Shown: one piece after another, positions 21,830-33,153 of the stretch | How positions within the stretch are numbered: the stretch's first letter is position 1 | How the letters are laid out: the number at the start of each line of letters is the position of its first letter | Sequence record: PZ402301.1 | Direction: 5' to 3' (one strand) | Length of the DNA: 64,000 nucleotides | From: a phage | Made by a program: the position numbers and the translations under genes | Notes under the pieces: generated by a model | Told to the model about the DNA's origin: nothing | Database searches by the model: none | Seen by the model: only the letters and a program-made list of their open reading frames with translations

Positions 21830-24800
21830 ATGGCCGAGATTAAAAGAAAGTTCAGAGCAGAAGACGGTCTGGACGCAGGTGGCGATAAAATAATCAACGT
21901 AGCTTTAGCTGATCGTACCGTAGGAACTGACGGTGTCAACGTTGATTACTTAATTCAAGAAAACACAGTTCAACAATACGATCCAACTCGTGGATATTTA
22001 AAAGATTTTGTAATCATTTATGATAACCGCTTTTGGGCTGCTATAAATGATATTCCAAAACCAGCAGGAGCTTTTAATAGCGTACGCTGGAGAGCATTAC
22101 GTACTGATGCTAATTGGACAACTGTTTCATCAGGACCTTATCAATTAAAGTCAGGCGAATCAATTTCAGTTGATACTGCAGCTGGTAATGACATTACATT
22201 TACTTTACCATCTTCCCCAATTGATGGAGATACTATCGTTCTCCAAGACATTGGAGGAAAACCTGGTGTTAACCAAGTTTTAATTACCGCTCCGGTGCAA
22301 AGCATTGTAAATTTTAGAGGTCAGCAAGTACGATCAGTACTAATGACTCATCCAAAATCGCAGATAGTTTTAATTTTTAGTAATCGTCTGTGGCAAATGT
22401 ATGTTGCTGATTATAGCAGAGAAGCTGCAGTTGTAACACCGGCAAGTCTTTATCAGGCGCAATCTAACGATTTTATTGTACGCAGATTTACTTCCGCTGC
22501 GCCGATTAATATTAAACTTCCGAGATTCGCTAATCATGGCGATATTATTAATTTCGTCGATTTAGATAAACTAAATCCACTTTATCATACAATTGTTACT
22601 ACATACGATGAAACTACTTCAATACAAGAAGATGGAACTCATTCCATTGAAGGTCGTACATCGATTGATGGTTTCTTGATGTATGATGATAATGAAAAAT
22701 TGTGGAGATTGTTTGACGGGGATAGTAAAGCACGTTTACGTATTATAACAACTAATTCTAGTATTCGTCCAAATGAAGAAGTTATGGTATTTGGAGCGAA
22801 TAACGGAACAACCCAAACAATTGAACTTCAGCTTCCAACTGATATTTCTATTGGTGATACTGTTAAAATTTCCATGAATTACATGAGAAAAGGCCAAACA
22901 GTTAAAATCAAAGCTGCTGGTGAAGATAAAATTGCTTCTTCAGTTCAATTGCTGCAATTCCCAAAACGTTCAGAGTATCCGCCTGAAACTAAATGGGTGA
23001 CTGTTCAAGAATTAGTTTTTAACGGCGAAACTAATTATGTTCCAGTTTTACAGCTTGCTTATATAGAAGATTCTGATGGAAAATACTGGGTTGTACAACA
23101 AAACGTTCCAACTGTAGAAAGAGTTGATTCTTTAAATAATTCTACTAGAGCAAGATTAGGCGTAATTGCTTTAGCTACACAAGCTCAAGCTAATGTCGAT
23201 TTAGAAAATTCTCCGCAAAAAGAATTAGCAATTACCCCAGAAACATTAGCTAACCGTACTGCTACAGAAACTCGTAGAGGTATCGCAAGAATAGCAACTA
23301 CTGCCCAAGTGAACCAGGATACTACATTCTCTTTTGCTGATGATATTATCATCACTCCTAAAAAGCTGAATGAAAGAACTGCTACAGAAACTCGCAGAGG
23401 TGTTGCTGAAATTGCGACGCAGCAAGAAACTAACGCAGGTACTGATGATACTACAATCATCACTCCTAAAAAGCTTCAAGCTCGTCAAGGTTCTGAATCA
23501 TTATCTGGTATTGTAACCTTTGTATCTACTGCAGGAGCTACTCCAGCTTCTAGTCGTGAATTAAATGGTACAAACGTTTATAATAAAAACACTAATAATT
23601 TAGTTGTTTCGCCTAAAGCTTTGGATCAGTATAAAGCTACTCCAACGCAACAAGGTGCAGTAATTTTAGCAGTTGAAAGTGAAGTAATTGCTGGACAAAG
23701 CCAAGAAGGATGGGCAAATGCGGTTGTAACGCCAGAAACGTTACATAAAAAGACATCGACTGATGCAAGAATTGGTTTAATTGAAATTGCTACGCAAAGT
23801 GAAGTTAATACAGGAACTGATTATACTCGTGCAGTCACTCCTAAAACTTTAAATGACCGTAAAGCAACTGAAAGTTTAAGTGGTATAGCTGAAATTGCTA
23901 CGCAAGTTGAATTCGACGCAGGCGTCGACGATACTCGTATCTCTACACCATTAAAAATTAAAACCAGATTTAATAGTACTGATCGTACTTCTGTTGTTGC
24001 TCTATCTGGATTAGTTGAATCAGGAACTCTCTGGGACCATTATACCCTTAATATTCTTGAAGCAAATGAGACACAACGTGGTACACTTCGTGTGGCTACG
24101 CAAGTTGAAGCTGCTACAGGAACATTAGATAATGTTTTAATAACTCCTAAAAAGCTTTTAGGTACTAAATCTACTGAAGCACAGGAAGGCGTTATTAAAG
24201 TTGCAACTCAGTCTGAAACTGTAGCTGGAACGTCAGCAAATACTGCTGTATCTCCAAAAAATTTAAAATGGATTGTGCAGAGTGAACCTACTTGGGCAGC
24301 TACTACTCTGGTAAGAGGTTTTGTTAAAACTTCATCTGGTTCAATTACATTCGTTGGTAATGATACGGTTGGTTCAACGCAGTCATTAGACTTGTACGAG
24401 AAAAATAGCTATGCGGTATCACCATATGAATTAAACCGTGTATTAGCAAATTATTTGCCGTTAAAAGCAAAAGCTGTAGATAGTAATTTACTGGATGGTC
24501 TAGATTCATCTCAGTTCATTCGTAGGGATATTGCGCAGACGGTTAATGGTTCACTAACCTTAACACAACAAACGAATCTGAGTGCCCCTCTTGTATCATC
24601 TAGTACTGCTACGTTCGGTGGATCAGTTTCAGCAAATAGTACACTAACTATTTCTAATACTGGAACAGCGACTCGTCTGATTTTTGAGAAAGGACCTCAA
24701 ACTGGAACGAACCCAGCGCAGACGATGACTGTCAAAGTGTGGGGGAATCAATTTAGCGGGGAATCAGATACAACACGTTCTACTGTATTTGAAGTTAGTG

Positions 24801-25699
24801 ATGAAACGTCTAGTCACTTTTATTCTCAGCGCAATAAAGCTGGTAATATAACATTTAATATCAATGGCACAGTAACACCGATAAATGTGAATGCTTCAGG
24901 AACATTGAATGCGAATGGCGTTGCAACATTCGGTAGTTCAGTTACTGCTAATGGCGAATTTATCAGTAAATCGTCGAATGCTTTTAGGGCAATAAACGGT
25001 GATTACGGATTCTTTATTCGTAATGATGGTGCTAACACCTATTTTATGCTTACTGCATCTGGTGATCAGACTGGTGGGTTTAATGGATTACGTCCATTAT
25101 CAATTAATAATCAATCTGGTCAGGTTACAATTGGTGAAAGCTTAATTATTGCCAAAGGTGCTACTATAACTTCAGGTGGTTTAACTGTCAACTCGAGAAT
25201 TCGTTCTCAGGGTACTAAAACCTCTGATTTATATACCCGTGCGCCAACATCTGATACTGTAGGATTCTGGTCAATCGATATTAATGATTCAGCCACTTAT
25301 AACCAGTTCCCGGGTTATTTTGAAATGGTTGAAAAAACTAATGAAGTGACTGGGCTTCCATACTTAGAACGTGGTGAAGAGGTTAAATCTCCTGGTACGC
25401 TGACTCAATTTGGTAACACACTCGATTCGCTTTACCAAGATTGGATTACTTATCCAACGACCCCAGAAGCGCGCACCACTCGCTGGACGCGTACATGGCA
25501 GAAAACCAAAAACTCTTGGTCAAGTTTTGTTCAGGTATTTGATGGGGGTAACCCTCCTCAGCCATCTGATATTGGTGCTTTACCATCTGATAATGCTATA
25601 ATGGGGAATCTTACTATTCGTGATTTCTTACGAATTGGTAATGTTCGTATTATTCCTGACCCAGTGAATAAAACGGTTAAATTTGAATGGGTTGAATAA
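21830..25699 (+). CDS. 34: gp34 long tail fibre proximal subunit
   Basis: 1289 aa, T4 gp34 length; internal repeated tail-fibre motifs; late promoter TATAAATA at 21787-21794. Confidence 0.95.
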   Translation: MAEIKRKFRAEDGLDAGGDKIINVALADRTVGTDGVNVDYLIQENTVQQYDPTRGYLKDFVIIYDNRFWAAINDIPKPAGAFNSVRWRALRTDANWTTVSSGPYQLKSGESISVDTAAGNDITFTLPSSPIDGDTIVLQDIGGKPGVNQVLITAPVQSIVNFRGQQVRSVLMTHPKSQIVLIFSNRLWQMYVADYSREAAVVTPASLYQAQSNDFIVRRFTSAAPINIKLPRFANHGDIINFVDLDKLNPLYHTIVTTYDETTSIQEDGTHSIEGRTSIDGFLMYDDNEKLWRLFDGDSKARLRIITTNSSIRPNEEVMVFGANNGTTQTIELQLPTDISIGDTVKISMNYMRKGQTVKIKAAGEDKIASSVQLLQFPKRSEYPPETKWVTVQELVFNGETNYVPVLQLAYIEDSDGKYWVVQQNVPTVERVDSLNNSTRARLGVIALATQAQANVDLENSPQKELAITPETLANRTATETRRGIARIATTAQVNQDTTFSFADDIIITPKKLNERTATETRRGVAEIATQQETNAGTDDTTIITPKKLQARQGSESLSGIVTFVSTAGATPASSRELNGTNVYNKNTNNLVVSPKALDQYKATPTQQGAVILAVESEVIAGQSQEGWANAVVTPETLHKKTSTDARIGLIEIATQSEVNTGTDYTRAVTPKTLNDRKATESLSGIAEIATQVEFDAGVDDTRISTPLKIKTRFNSTDRTSVVALSGLVESGTLWDHYTLNILEANETQRGTLRVATQVEAATGTLDNVLITPKKLLGTKSTEAQEGVIKVATQSETVAGTSANTAVSPKNLKWIVQSEPTWAATTLVRGFVKTSSGSITFVGNDTVGSTQSLDLYEKNSYAVSPYELNRVLANYLPLKAKAVDSNLLDGLDSSQFIRRDIAQTVNGSLTLTQQTNLSAPLVSSSTATFGGSVSANSTLTISNTGTATRLIFEKGPQTGTNPAQTMTVKVWGNQFSGESDTTRSTVFEVSDETSSHFYSQRNKAGNITFNINGTVTPINVNASGTLNANGVATFGSSVTANGEFISKSSNAFRAINGDYGFFIRNDGANTYFMLTASGDQTGGFNGLRPLSINNQSGQVTIGESLIIAKGATITSGGLTVNSRIRSQGTKTSDLYTRAPTSDTVGFWSIDINDSATYNQFPGYFEMVEKTNEVTGLPYLERGEEVKSPGTLTQFGNTLDSLYQDWITYPTTPEARTTRWTRTWQKTKNSWSSFVQVFDGGNPPQPSDIGALPSDNAIMGNLTIRDFLRIGNVRIIPDPVNKTVKFEWVE
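23170..24260 (+). repeat. imperfect tandem coding repeats within gene 34
   Basis: Repeated unit ...TATETRRG.A.IAT...ITPKKL... recurs several times (e.g. 23261 and 23381). Confidence 0.6.
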
Positions 25700-25707
25700 G
25701 AGGTATT

Positions 25708-26823
25708 ATGGAAAAATTTATGGCAGAGTTTGGACAAGGATATGTCCAAACGCCATTTTTATCGGAAAGCAATTCAGTAAGATATAAAATAAGCATAGCG
25801 GGTTCTTGCCCGCTTTCTACAGCAGGACCATATGTCAAATTTCAGGATAATCCTATCGGAAGCCAAGCATTTAATACAGGTCTTCATTTAAGAGTTTTTG
25901 ACCCTTCTACAGGAGCATTAGTTGATAGTAAGTCATATGCTTTTTCGACTTCAAATGATACTACATCAGCTGCTTTTGTTGGTTTCATGAACTCTTTGAC
26001 GAATAATAGACTTGTTGCTATATTAACTAGTGGAAAGGTTAATTTTCCTCCTGAGGTAGTATCTTGGCTAAGAGCCACAGGAACGTCTGCTTTTCCATCT
26101 GATTCTATATTGTCAAGATTTGACGTATCATATGCTGCTTTTTACACTTCTTCTAAAAGAGCTATTGCATTAGAACATGTTAAATTAAGCAATAGAAAAA
26201 GCACAGATGATTATCAAACTATTTTAGATGTTGTATTTGATAGTTTAGAAGACGTTGGAGCTACAGGATTTCCTAAAAGAACATATGAAAGCGTTGAGCA
26301 ATTTATGTCAGCGGTTGGTGGAACTAATAACGAAATTGCACGTTTACCAACTTCATCCGCGATAAGTAAATTATCTGATTATAATTTAATTCCTGGCGAT
26401 GTTCTTTATCTTAAAGCACAGTTATATGCTGATGCCGATTTACTTGCGCTTGGAACTACAAATATATCTATCCGTTTTTATGATGAATCGAATGGATATA
26501 TTTCTTCAACACATGCTGAGTTTACTGGACAAGCTGGGTCATGGGAATTAAAGGAAGATTATGTAGTTATTCCAGAAAACGCAGTAGGATTTACAATATA
26601 TGCACAAAGAACTGCTCAAGCTGGTCAAGGCGGCATGAGAAATTTAAGCTTTTCTGAAGTATCAAGAAATGGCGGAATTTCAAAACCTGCTGAATTTGGC
26701 GTCAATGGTATTCGAGTTAATTATGTCTGTGAATCTGCTTCACCTCCGGATATAATGGTACTTCCTACGCAAGCATCGTCTAAAACTGGTAAAGTGTTTG
26801 GGCAAGAATTTAGAGAAGTTTAA
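25708..26823 (+). CDS. 35: gp35 long tail fibre hinge (knee) protein
   Basis: 371 aa; position and size as T4 gp35. Confidence 0.9.
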   Translation: MEKFMAEFGQGYVQTPFLSESNSVRYKISIAGSCPLSTAGPYVKFQDNPIGSQAFNTGLHLRVFDPSTGALVDSKSYAFSTSNDTTSAAFVGFMNSLTNNRLVAILTSGKVNFPPEVVSWLRATGTSAFPSDSILSRFDVSYAAFYTSSKRAIALEHVKLSNRKSTDDYQTILDVVFDSLEDVGATGFPKRTYESVEQFMSAVGGTNNEIARLPTSSAISKLSDYNLIPGDVLYLKAQLYADADLLALGTTNISIRFYDESNGYISSTHAEFTGQAGSWELKEDYVVIPENAVGFTIYAQRTAQAGQGGMRNLSFSEVSRNGGISKPAEFGVNGIRVNYVCESASPPDIMVLPTQASSKTGKVFGQEFREV

Positions 26824-26827
26824 ATTG

Positions 26828-26855
26828 AGGGAGCCTTCGGGTTCCCTTTTTCTTT
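26828..26855 (+). terminator. rho-independent terminator after gene 35
   Basis: Hairpin GGGAGCCttcgGGTTCCC followed by TTTTTCTTT. Confidence 0.7.
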
Positions 26856-26862
26856 ATAAATA
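26855..26862 (+). promoter_or_regulatory. late promoter TATAAATA for gene 36-37-38
   Basis: Exact TATAAATA 24 nt upstream of gene 36 ATG, just after terminator hairpin. Confidence 0.8.
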
Positions 26863-26885
26863 CTATTAAAATAAAGGGGCATATA

Positions 26886-27542
26886 ATGGCTGATTTAAAA
26901 GTAGGTTCAACAACTGGAGGCTCTGTCATTTGGCATCAAGGAAATTTTCCATTGAATCCAGCCGGTGACGATGTACTCTATAAATCATTTAAAATATATT
27001 CAGAATATAATAAACCACAAGCTACTGATAACGATTTCGTTTCTAAAGCTAATGGTGGTACGTATTTAAATAAAGTAATTTTTAATAAAGGAATGACTGT
27101 TCCTGGTGCAGGGTCAGGTGACAATGGTATTTTTGCTGGTCCTGGTGATAATGCCACGTATGATACTACAAATATGGATATTGTTTCGTGGTATGGTATT
27201 GGTTTTAAATCATCACAAGGAACAGCAGGTAGAACTGTAGTAATTAACACGCGAAATGGAGATATTAGCTCAAAGGGTGTAATTGAAGCATCACAAATAC
27301 GCGCAGCTTCATTATCTCCAGTAAATAATTATGACCTTACACGGAAAGATTATGTTGATGGAGCAATAAATATTGTTACAGCAAACGCAAACTCTAGGGT
27401 ATTACGCTCTGGAGATACTATGACAGGAAATTTAACTGCGCCAAACCTTTTTTCACAGAATCCTGCATCTCAACCCTCACATGTTCCACGATTTGATCAA
27501 ATTGTTATTAAGGATTCTGTTCAAGATTTCGGCTATTATTAA
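26886..27542 (+). CDS. 36: gp36 long tail fibre distal connector
   Basis: 218 aa; preceded by terminator hairpin and TATAAATA late promoter. Confidence 0.9.
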   Translation: MADLKVGSTTGGSVIWHQGNFPLNPAGDDVLYKSFKIYSEYNKPQATDNDFVSKANGGTYLNKVIFNKGMTVPGAGSGDNGIFAGPGDNATYDTTNMDIVSWYGIGFKSSQGTAGRTVVINTRNGDISSKGVIEASQIRAASLSPVNNYDLTRKDYVDGAINIVTANANSRVLRSGDTMTGNLTAPNLFSQNPASQPSHVPRFDQIVIKDSVQDFGYY

Positions 27543-27550
27543 GAGGACTT

Positions 27551-30500
27551 ATGGCTACTTTAAAACAAATACAATTTAAAAGAAGCAAAACTGCAGGAGC
27601 ACGTCCTGCCGCTTCAGTATTAGCCGAAGGTGAATTGGCTATAAACTTAAAAGACCGCGTACTTTTTACTAAAGATGACCAAGGAAATATCATTGATCTT
27701 GGTTTTGCTAAAGGCGGTAGCATTGACGGGAATGTTATTCATATAGGAAACTATAATCAAACTGGTGATTATACTTTAAATGGTACCTTCACTCAAACCG
27801 GTGATTTCAATTTAACTGGTATTGCTCGAGTAACTCGCGATATTATTGCCGCCGGGCAGATTATGACTGAGGGTGGAGAACTTATTACAAAAAGTTCAGG
27901 TACATCGCATGTTCGTTTTTTCGATGGCAATAGCCGCGAACGTGGAATCATTTATGCCCCGGCTAATGATGGATTAACTACGCAAGTAGTTAATATCCGC
28001 GTTCAAGACTACGCCGCTGGTGATGAAAGCACCTATGCATTTTCAGGCAGTGGCCTATTTACTTCACCTGAAGTATCAGCATGGAAATCTATTTCATCTC
28101 CACAAATTCTGACCGATAAAGTTATTACAAATGGGAAGAAGACAGGCGATTATGATATCTATTCATTAGCAAATAACACTCCGTTGGCAGAAAGCGAAAC
28201 GGCTATTAACCACCTCCGTGTTATGCGAAATGCCGTAGGATCTGGTATATTCCATGAAGTTAAAGATAACGACGGGATAACCTGGTACGCCGGTGACGGG
28301 TTAGATGCCTATCTTTGGTCGTTTACCTGGTCCGGTGGATTGAAAGCAGGCCATTCTATTTCTATAGGTCTTCCGGGCGGCTCTAAAGGATATTCTGAAT
28401 TAGGGACTGCTTCAATTGCTCTTGGTGATAATGATACCGGATTTAAATGGCATCAGGACGGATATTTTCATACAGTAAACAACGGAACAAGAACTTTCAT
28501 TTACGGTCCTGCGGAAACACAAAGCCTTAGAAAAATGGTTATGGGTTATTCTCCGGATGGGATTCTTATGACAACGCCACCGACAGAAAACTATGCATTA
28601 GCCACTGTTGTTACTTATCATGATAATAACGCGTATGGCGACGGTCAGACTCTTTTAGGTTATTATCAAGGCGGTAATTATCATCACTATTTCCGTGGTA
28701 AAGGTACTACAAACATTAATACTCACGGCGGTTTGTTAGTTACTCCCGGTAATATTGACGTTATTGGTGGTTCTGTTAATATTGATGGTAGTAATAATGC
28801 TTCTACGCTGATGTTTAGAGGTAACACAACTGGTAGCAGTTCAGTTGATAATATGACAATTTCTGTATGGGGTAATACGTTTACTAATCCTAGTGTAGGT
28901 AATCGTAAAAATGTCATGGAAATTTCTGACGCAACTAGCTGGATGAGTTATATTCAAAGACTTACTACCGGTGAAGTAGAAATGAACGTCAATGGTTCAT
29001 TTGAATCATCCGGTGTTACTGCTGGAAATAGAGGAGTTCACACAACAGGCGAAATTTCATCTGGAGCAGTGAATGCGCTTCGCATTTGGAATGCAGATTA
29101 TGGAGCCATTTTTAGACGTTCAGAAGGCAGTCTTCATATTATTCCAACTGCTTACGGTGAAGGTAAACATGGCGATATCGGTCCACTTCGCCCGTTTAGT
29201 ATGGCTTTAGATACTGGTAAAGTTACTATTCCAGATTTACAATCAAGTTACAATACGTTCGCAGCAAACGGCTATATTAAATTTACTGGTCACGGTGCAG
29301 GCGCTGGTGGTTATGATATTCAGTATGTTCAAGCAGCTCCTATTTTCCAGGAAATTGATGATGATGCTATAAGCAAATATTATCCTATTGTTAAACAGAA
29401 GTTTTTAAACAGTAAAGCGGTTTGGTCTTTAGGTACTGAAATTAATTCGGGTACATTTGTTTTACACCATATCAAAGAAGATGGATCACAAGGCCATACG
29501 TCTCGTTTTAATCAAGACGGTACTGTTAACTTCCCGGATAACGTTCAGGTCGGTGGTGGTGAAGCTACTATTGCTCGAAATGGTAATATCTGGTCTGATA
29601 TTTGGAAACCGTTTACTTCTGCCGGTGATACTACAAATATTCGCGATGCTATTGCGACTCGTGTTTCGAAAGAAGGCGACACGATGACCGGTAAATTGAC
29701 TTTATCGGCAGGCAATGATGCTCTTGTTTTAACTGCAGGCGTGGGTGCTTCATCGCACATCCGTAGTGATGTAGGTGGTACAGGTAACTGGTATATAGGC
29801 AAAGGCGGCGGCGATAATGGTCTAGGTTTTTACAGTTACATTACACAAGGCGGTGTATACATAACAAATAACGGCGAAATATCGCTTTCTCCTCAAGGTC
29901 AAGGAACATTTAATTTTAATAGAGACCGCCTTCATATAAACGGTACACAGTGGACTGCGCACCAAGCTGGCGATTGGGCAAACCAATGGCGACAAGAAGC
30001 GCCGATATTTGTAGATTTTGGCTACGTCGGCAATGACTGCTATTATCCTATTATTAAAGGAAAATCTGTTATTACGAATGAAGGATACGTATCTGGTGTT
30101 GATTTCGGTATGCGCCGTATCACTAACCAATGGGCTCAGGCTATTATCCGTGTTGGTAACCAGGAAAATGCTAGCGATCCGCAAGCTATCTTCGAATTCC
30201 ACCATAATGGAAACATGTACGTTCCTGACATGGTTAAAGCTGGAGTAAGAATATCAGCTGGTGGAGGTGACCCTGCATGGACAGGCGCATGTGTTGTTAT
30301 TGGTGATAATGACACTGGGTTAGTTCATGGCGGTGACGGTCGTATTAACATGGTTGCAAATGGAATGCATATTGCTTCATGGTCGTCCGCTTACCATCTC
30401 CATGAAGGTCTTTGGGATACCACTGGTGCTTTGTGGACTGAACAAGGAAGAGCTATTATTTCTTTTGGTCATTTAGTCCAACAAAGCGATGCCTATTCCA

Positions 30501-30862
30501 CATTTGTCCGCGATGTTTATGTCCGTTCTGATATTCGTGTTAAAAAAGACCTTGTTAAATTTGAAAATGCTTCTGAGAAGCTTTCTAAAATTAACGGTTA
30601 CACTTATATGCAGAAGCGAGGCCTAGATGAAGAAGGAAATCAGAAATGGGAACCTAACGCCGGTTTGATAGCTCAAGAAGTTCAAGCTATTTTACCTGAA
30701 TTAGTTGAAGGTGACCCTGATGGTGAAGCTTTACTTCGTTTGAACTATAACGGTGTAATTGGTTTAAATACAGCTGCAATCAATGAGCATACTGCAGAAA
30801 TTGCAGAACTTAAATCAGAAATCGAAGAACTTAAAGCATTAGTTAAATCATTGTTAAAATAA
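27551..30862 (+). CDS. 37: gp37 long tail fibre distal subunit with C-terminal intramolecular-chaperone-like domain
   Basis: 1103 aa; conserved N-terminus [45 protein letters not shown]; C-terminal SDIRVKK motif plus coiled-coil tail. Confidence 0.9.
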   Translation: MATLKQIQFKRSKTAGARPAASVLAEGELAINLKDRVLFTKDDQGNIIDLGFAKGGSIDGNVIHIGNYNQTGDYTLNGTFTQTGDFNLTGIARVTRDIIAAGQIMTEGGELITKSSGTSHVRFFDGNSRERGIIYAPANDGLTTQVVNIRVQDYAAGDESTYAFSGSGLFTSPEVSAWKSISSPQILTDKVITNGKKTGDYDIYSLANNTPLAESETAINHLRVMRNAVGSGIFHEVKDNDGITWYAGDGLDAYLWSFTWSGGLKAGHSISIGLPGGSKGYSELGTASIALGDNDTGFKWHQDGYFHTVNNGTRTFIYGPAETQSLRKMVMGYSPDGILMTTPPTENYALATVVTYHDNNAYGDGQTLLGYYQGGNYHHYFRGKGTTNINTHGGLLVTPGNIDVIGGSVNIDGSNNASTLMFRGNTTGSSSVDNMTISVWGNTFTNPSVGNRKNVMEISDATSWMSYIQRLTTGEVEMNVNGSFESSGVTAGNRGVHTTGEISSGAVNALRIWNADYGAIFRRSEGSLHIIPTAYGEGKHGDIGPLRPFSMALDTGKVTIPDLQSSYNTFAANGYIKFTGHGAGAGGYDIQYVQAAPIFQEIDDDAISKYYPIVKQKFLNSKAVWSLGTEINSGTFVLHHIKEDGSQGHTSRFNQDGTVNFPDNVQVGGGEATIARNGNIWSDIWKPFTSAGDTTNIRDAIATRVSKEGDTMTGKLTLSAGNDALVLTAGVGASSHIRSDVGGTGNWYIGKGGGDNGLGFYSYITQGGVYITNNGEISLSPQGQGTFNFNRDRLHINGTQWTAHQAGDWANQWRQEAPIFVDFGYVGNDCYYPIIKGKSVITNEGYVSGVDFGMRRITNQWAQAIIRVGNQENASDPQAIFEFHHNGNMYVPDMVKAGVRISAGGGDPAWTGACVVIGDNDTGLVHGGDGRINMVANGMHIASWSSAYHLHEGLWDTTGALWTEQGRAIISFGHLVQQSDAYSTFVRDVYVRSDIRVKKDLVKFENASEKLSKINGYTYMQKRGLDEEGNQKWEPNAGLIAQEVQAILPELVEGDPDGEALLRLNYNGVIGLNTAAINEHTAEIAELKSEIEELKALVKSLLK

Positions 30863-30863
30863 T

Positions 30864-30896
30864 AAGAGGGGCTTCGGCCCCTTGGGGGTTTATATG
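30864..30896 (+). promoter_or_regulatory. gene 38 translation initiation region with hairpin between Shine-Dalgarno and AUG
   Basis: AGAGG followed by GGGGCTTCGGCCCC hairpin then ATG 30894; hairpin would bring SD and start codon together. Confidence 0.6.
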
Positions 30897-31670
30897 GCAG
30901 TAACAGGACCGTGGGTAGGATCGTCTGCAGTAGTTAATACAGGACAAAATTGGATGGGTGGCGCGGCCCAACGATTAAGAATGGGCATTCCGTTTTGGAT
31001 GAGTAATATGATAGGTCGATCTGTTGAAATAATTCACACGCTTGGAGCAGACCATAACTTCAATGGTCAATGGTTCCGAGATAGATGTTTTGAGGCAGGT
31101 AGTGCACCTATAGTGTTTAATATCACCGGAGATTTAGTATCATATTCTAAAGATGTTCCTTTATTCTTCATGTACGGAGATACACCAAATGAATATGTTC
31201 AACTGAATATACACGGTGTAACGATGTATGGCCGTGGCGGGAATGGCGGTAGCAATAGTCCTGGCTCAGCTGGAGGTCATTGTATTCAAAATGATATTGG
31301 TGGGAGACTAAGAATTAATAATGGCGGAGCTATTGCTGGCGGCGGTGGCGGCGGCGGTGGCGGATATTATTCTCCTTTTTCACAAATGAGATTGACATTT
31401 GGCGGTGGTGGCGGTCGTCCGTTTGGCGCGCCGGGCGGATCTATTGATATGCAATCAGGAGCAACTGCCGGTACTATTTCTGCGCCTGGCGCAGGGTCTG
31501 TGAACGGTATCTATAGCGGCGGGTCTGGTGGTGAAGTTGGCTCCGCAGGAGGTAGATGTAATATTCGTGGTCAAGGATATGAATACGATGGCGGAGCTGC
31601 TGGTTATGCCGTCATAGGGTCTACGCCAACGTGGCAAAACGTTGGAGCAATATATGGTCCAAGAGTATAA
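30894..31670 (+). CDS. 38: gp38 receptor-recognising adhesin (T2-type, glycine-rich)
   Basis: 258 aa from ATG 30894; poly-Gly tracts ([21 protein letters not shown]) as in T2-type gp38 adhesins; far longer than T4 gp38 (183 aa). Confidence 0.85.
   Translation: MAVTGPWVGSSAVVNTGQNWMGGAAQRLRMGIPFWMSNMIGRSVEIIHTLGADHNFNGQWFRDRCFEAGSAPIVFNITGDLVSYSKDVPLFFMYGDTPNEYVQLNIHGVTMYGRGGNGGSNSPGSAGGHCIQNDIGGRLRINNGGAIAGGGGGGGGGYYSPFSQMRLTFGGGGGRPFGAPGGSIDMQSGATAGTISAPGAGSVNGIYSGGSGGEVGSAGGRCNIRGQGYEYDGGAAGYAVIGSTPTWQNVGAIYGPRV
31338..31364 (+). repeat. (GGN)9 glycine-codon tract inside gene 38
   Basis: ggcggcggtggcggcggcggtggcgga encoding poly-Gly. Confidence 0.8.
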
Positions 31671-31700
31671 TTTGAATAAATATCCTTAAAAGGAGGGTCT

Positions 31701-32357
31701 ATGGCAGCACCTAGAATATCATTTTCGCCCTCTGATATTCTGTTGGGTGTTCTAGATCGCTTGTTCAAAGATAACGCTACCGGGAAAGTTCTTGCTTCCC
31801 GGGTAGCTGTCGTAATTCTTTTGTTTATAATGGCGATTGTTTGGTATAGGGGAGATAGTTTCTTTGAGTACTATAAGCAATCAAAGTATGAAACATACAG
31901 TGAAATTATTGAAAAGGAAAGAAATGCACGCTTTGAATCTGTCGCCCTGGAACAACTCCAGATAGTTCATATATCATCTGAGGCAGACTTTAGTGCGGTA
32001 TATTCTTTCCGCCCTAAAAACTTAAACTATTTTGTTGATATTATAGCATATGAAGGAAAATTACCTTCAACAATAAGCGAAAAATCACTTGGAGGATATC
32101 CTGTTGATAAAACTATGGATGAATATGCAGTTCATTTAAATGGACGTCATTATTATTCCGACTCAAAATTTGCTTTTTTACCAACTAAAAAGCCTACTCC
32201 CGAAATAAATTACATGTACAGTTGTCCATATTTCAATTTGGATAATATCTATGCTGGAACAATAACCATGTACTGGTATAGAAATGATCATATAAGTAAT
32301 GACCGCCTTGAATCAATATGTTCTCAGGCGGCCAGAATATTAGGAAGGGCTAAATAA
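31701..32357 (+). CDS. t: holin T
   Basis: 218 aa; single N-proximal transmembrane segment and large periplasmic domain; AAGGAGG RBS. Confidence 0.9.
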   Translation: MAAPRISFSPSDILLGVLDRLFKDNATGKVLASRVAVVILLFIMAIVWYRGDSFFEYYKQSKYETYSEIIEKERNARFESVALEQLQIVHISSEADFSAVYSFRPKNLNYFVDIIAYEGKLPSTISEKSLGGYPVDKTMDEYAVHLNGRHYYSDSKFAFLPTKKPTPEINYMYSCPYFNLDNIYAGTITMYWYRNDHISNDRLESICSQAARILGRAK

Positions 32358-32630
32358 TTATTTGTTTGTATACATCTCTAGATATCGATATACACCCTCA
32401 AAACCCTCGTTGAATTCGTCGATGAGGGTTTTCTTATCTTCTTGGGTTAATTCAGAAACAATTTTACGGAATGAATTCTGATTTAACTTTCTACCTTCAT
32501 GCGTTACTCCAATCTCATTCAGAAATGCAATAAAATTAGCACGATTCTCAACAATATCTTCTCTGGAAAATTTAATCAAAATAGACGCAACAGTAATAAT
32601 TTCACGAACTGTATCAATGTTTTTATTCAT
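32358..32630 (-). CDS. asiA: AsiA anti-sigma-70 factor
   Basis: 90 aa; sequence MNKNIDTVREIITVASILIKFSREDIVENRANFIAFLNEIG matches T4 AsiA. Confidence 0.9.
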   Translation of the reverse strand: MNKNIDTVREIITVASILIKFSREDIVENRANFIAFLNEIGVTHEGRKLNQNSFRKIVSELTQEDKKTLIDEFNEGFEGVYRYLEMYTNK

Positions 32631-32791
32631 TAACTATACCACTCAATTAGTTGACTTTATTATAATATCATCAGACACTTGATTTGTAAACTGGTCTGTG
32701 TTATTTTCTTCAAAAATTTTTTCTACGAATTCCTTGAACGACTCGCGTTCCTGAGCTACATTATGCTCGATTACCTTTTCAAGATTATGAC

Positions 32792-33070
32792 TCATTCAAA
32801 ATAATCTTCAATTTCGTAATCATGGACATAAATCATTATAGTTTTTAATACATCATCAATACTTTTTCCTGGAGCTGGAATTACGTAAAAATATCCTGCT
32901 TTTGAGAGGTCTTTATAAGTTCCAACCAAGAAATCATTATTCTCGAGATGTAGTTCTTCAACTAATTCATTAACAATTGAGTGGTATAAATTTGGTAGAA
33001 GCTTATATAGCTTTTCTAGAATATCAATTTTGATTGTATATTGAACCACAGATTGAGAATCAATAATCAT
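32792..33070 (-). CDS. arn: Arn anti-restriction (McrBC inhibitor) protein
   Basis: 92 aa; acidic DNA-mimic-like composition; position asiA-arn-motA. Confidence 0.8.
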   Translation of the reverse strand: MIIDSQSVVQYTIKIDILEKLYKLLPNLYHSIVNELVEELHLENNDFLVGTYKDLSKAGYFYVIPAPGKSIDDVLKTIMIYVHDYEIEDYFE

Positions 33071-33153
33071 AGACCTTCCCCTTATGTTTCTGTTTGCGAT
33101 TAGATTCTTTAAACGCTTTCTTCTTATCCTTATGGACAGAAGCTTTATTAAAA

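Noticed and set aside
23185-23488. Two minus-strand ORFs (92 and 80 aa) inside gene 34
   Set aside because: Antisense to a 1289-aa coding region with strong identity; Ser/Cys/Val-rich translation typical of reverse-frame artefacts; no RBS.
24880-24990. MotA-box-like TGCTT motifs inside gene 34 (possible internal origin or middle promoter)
   Set aside because: No correctly spaced -10 element follows; cannot be supported from sequence alone.
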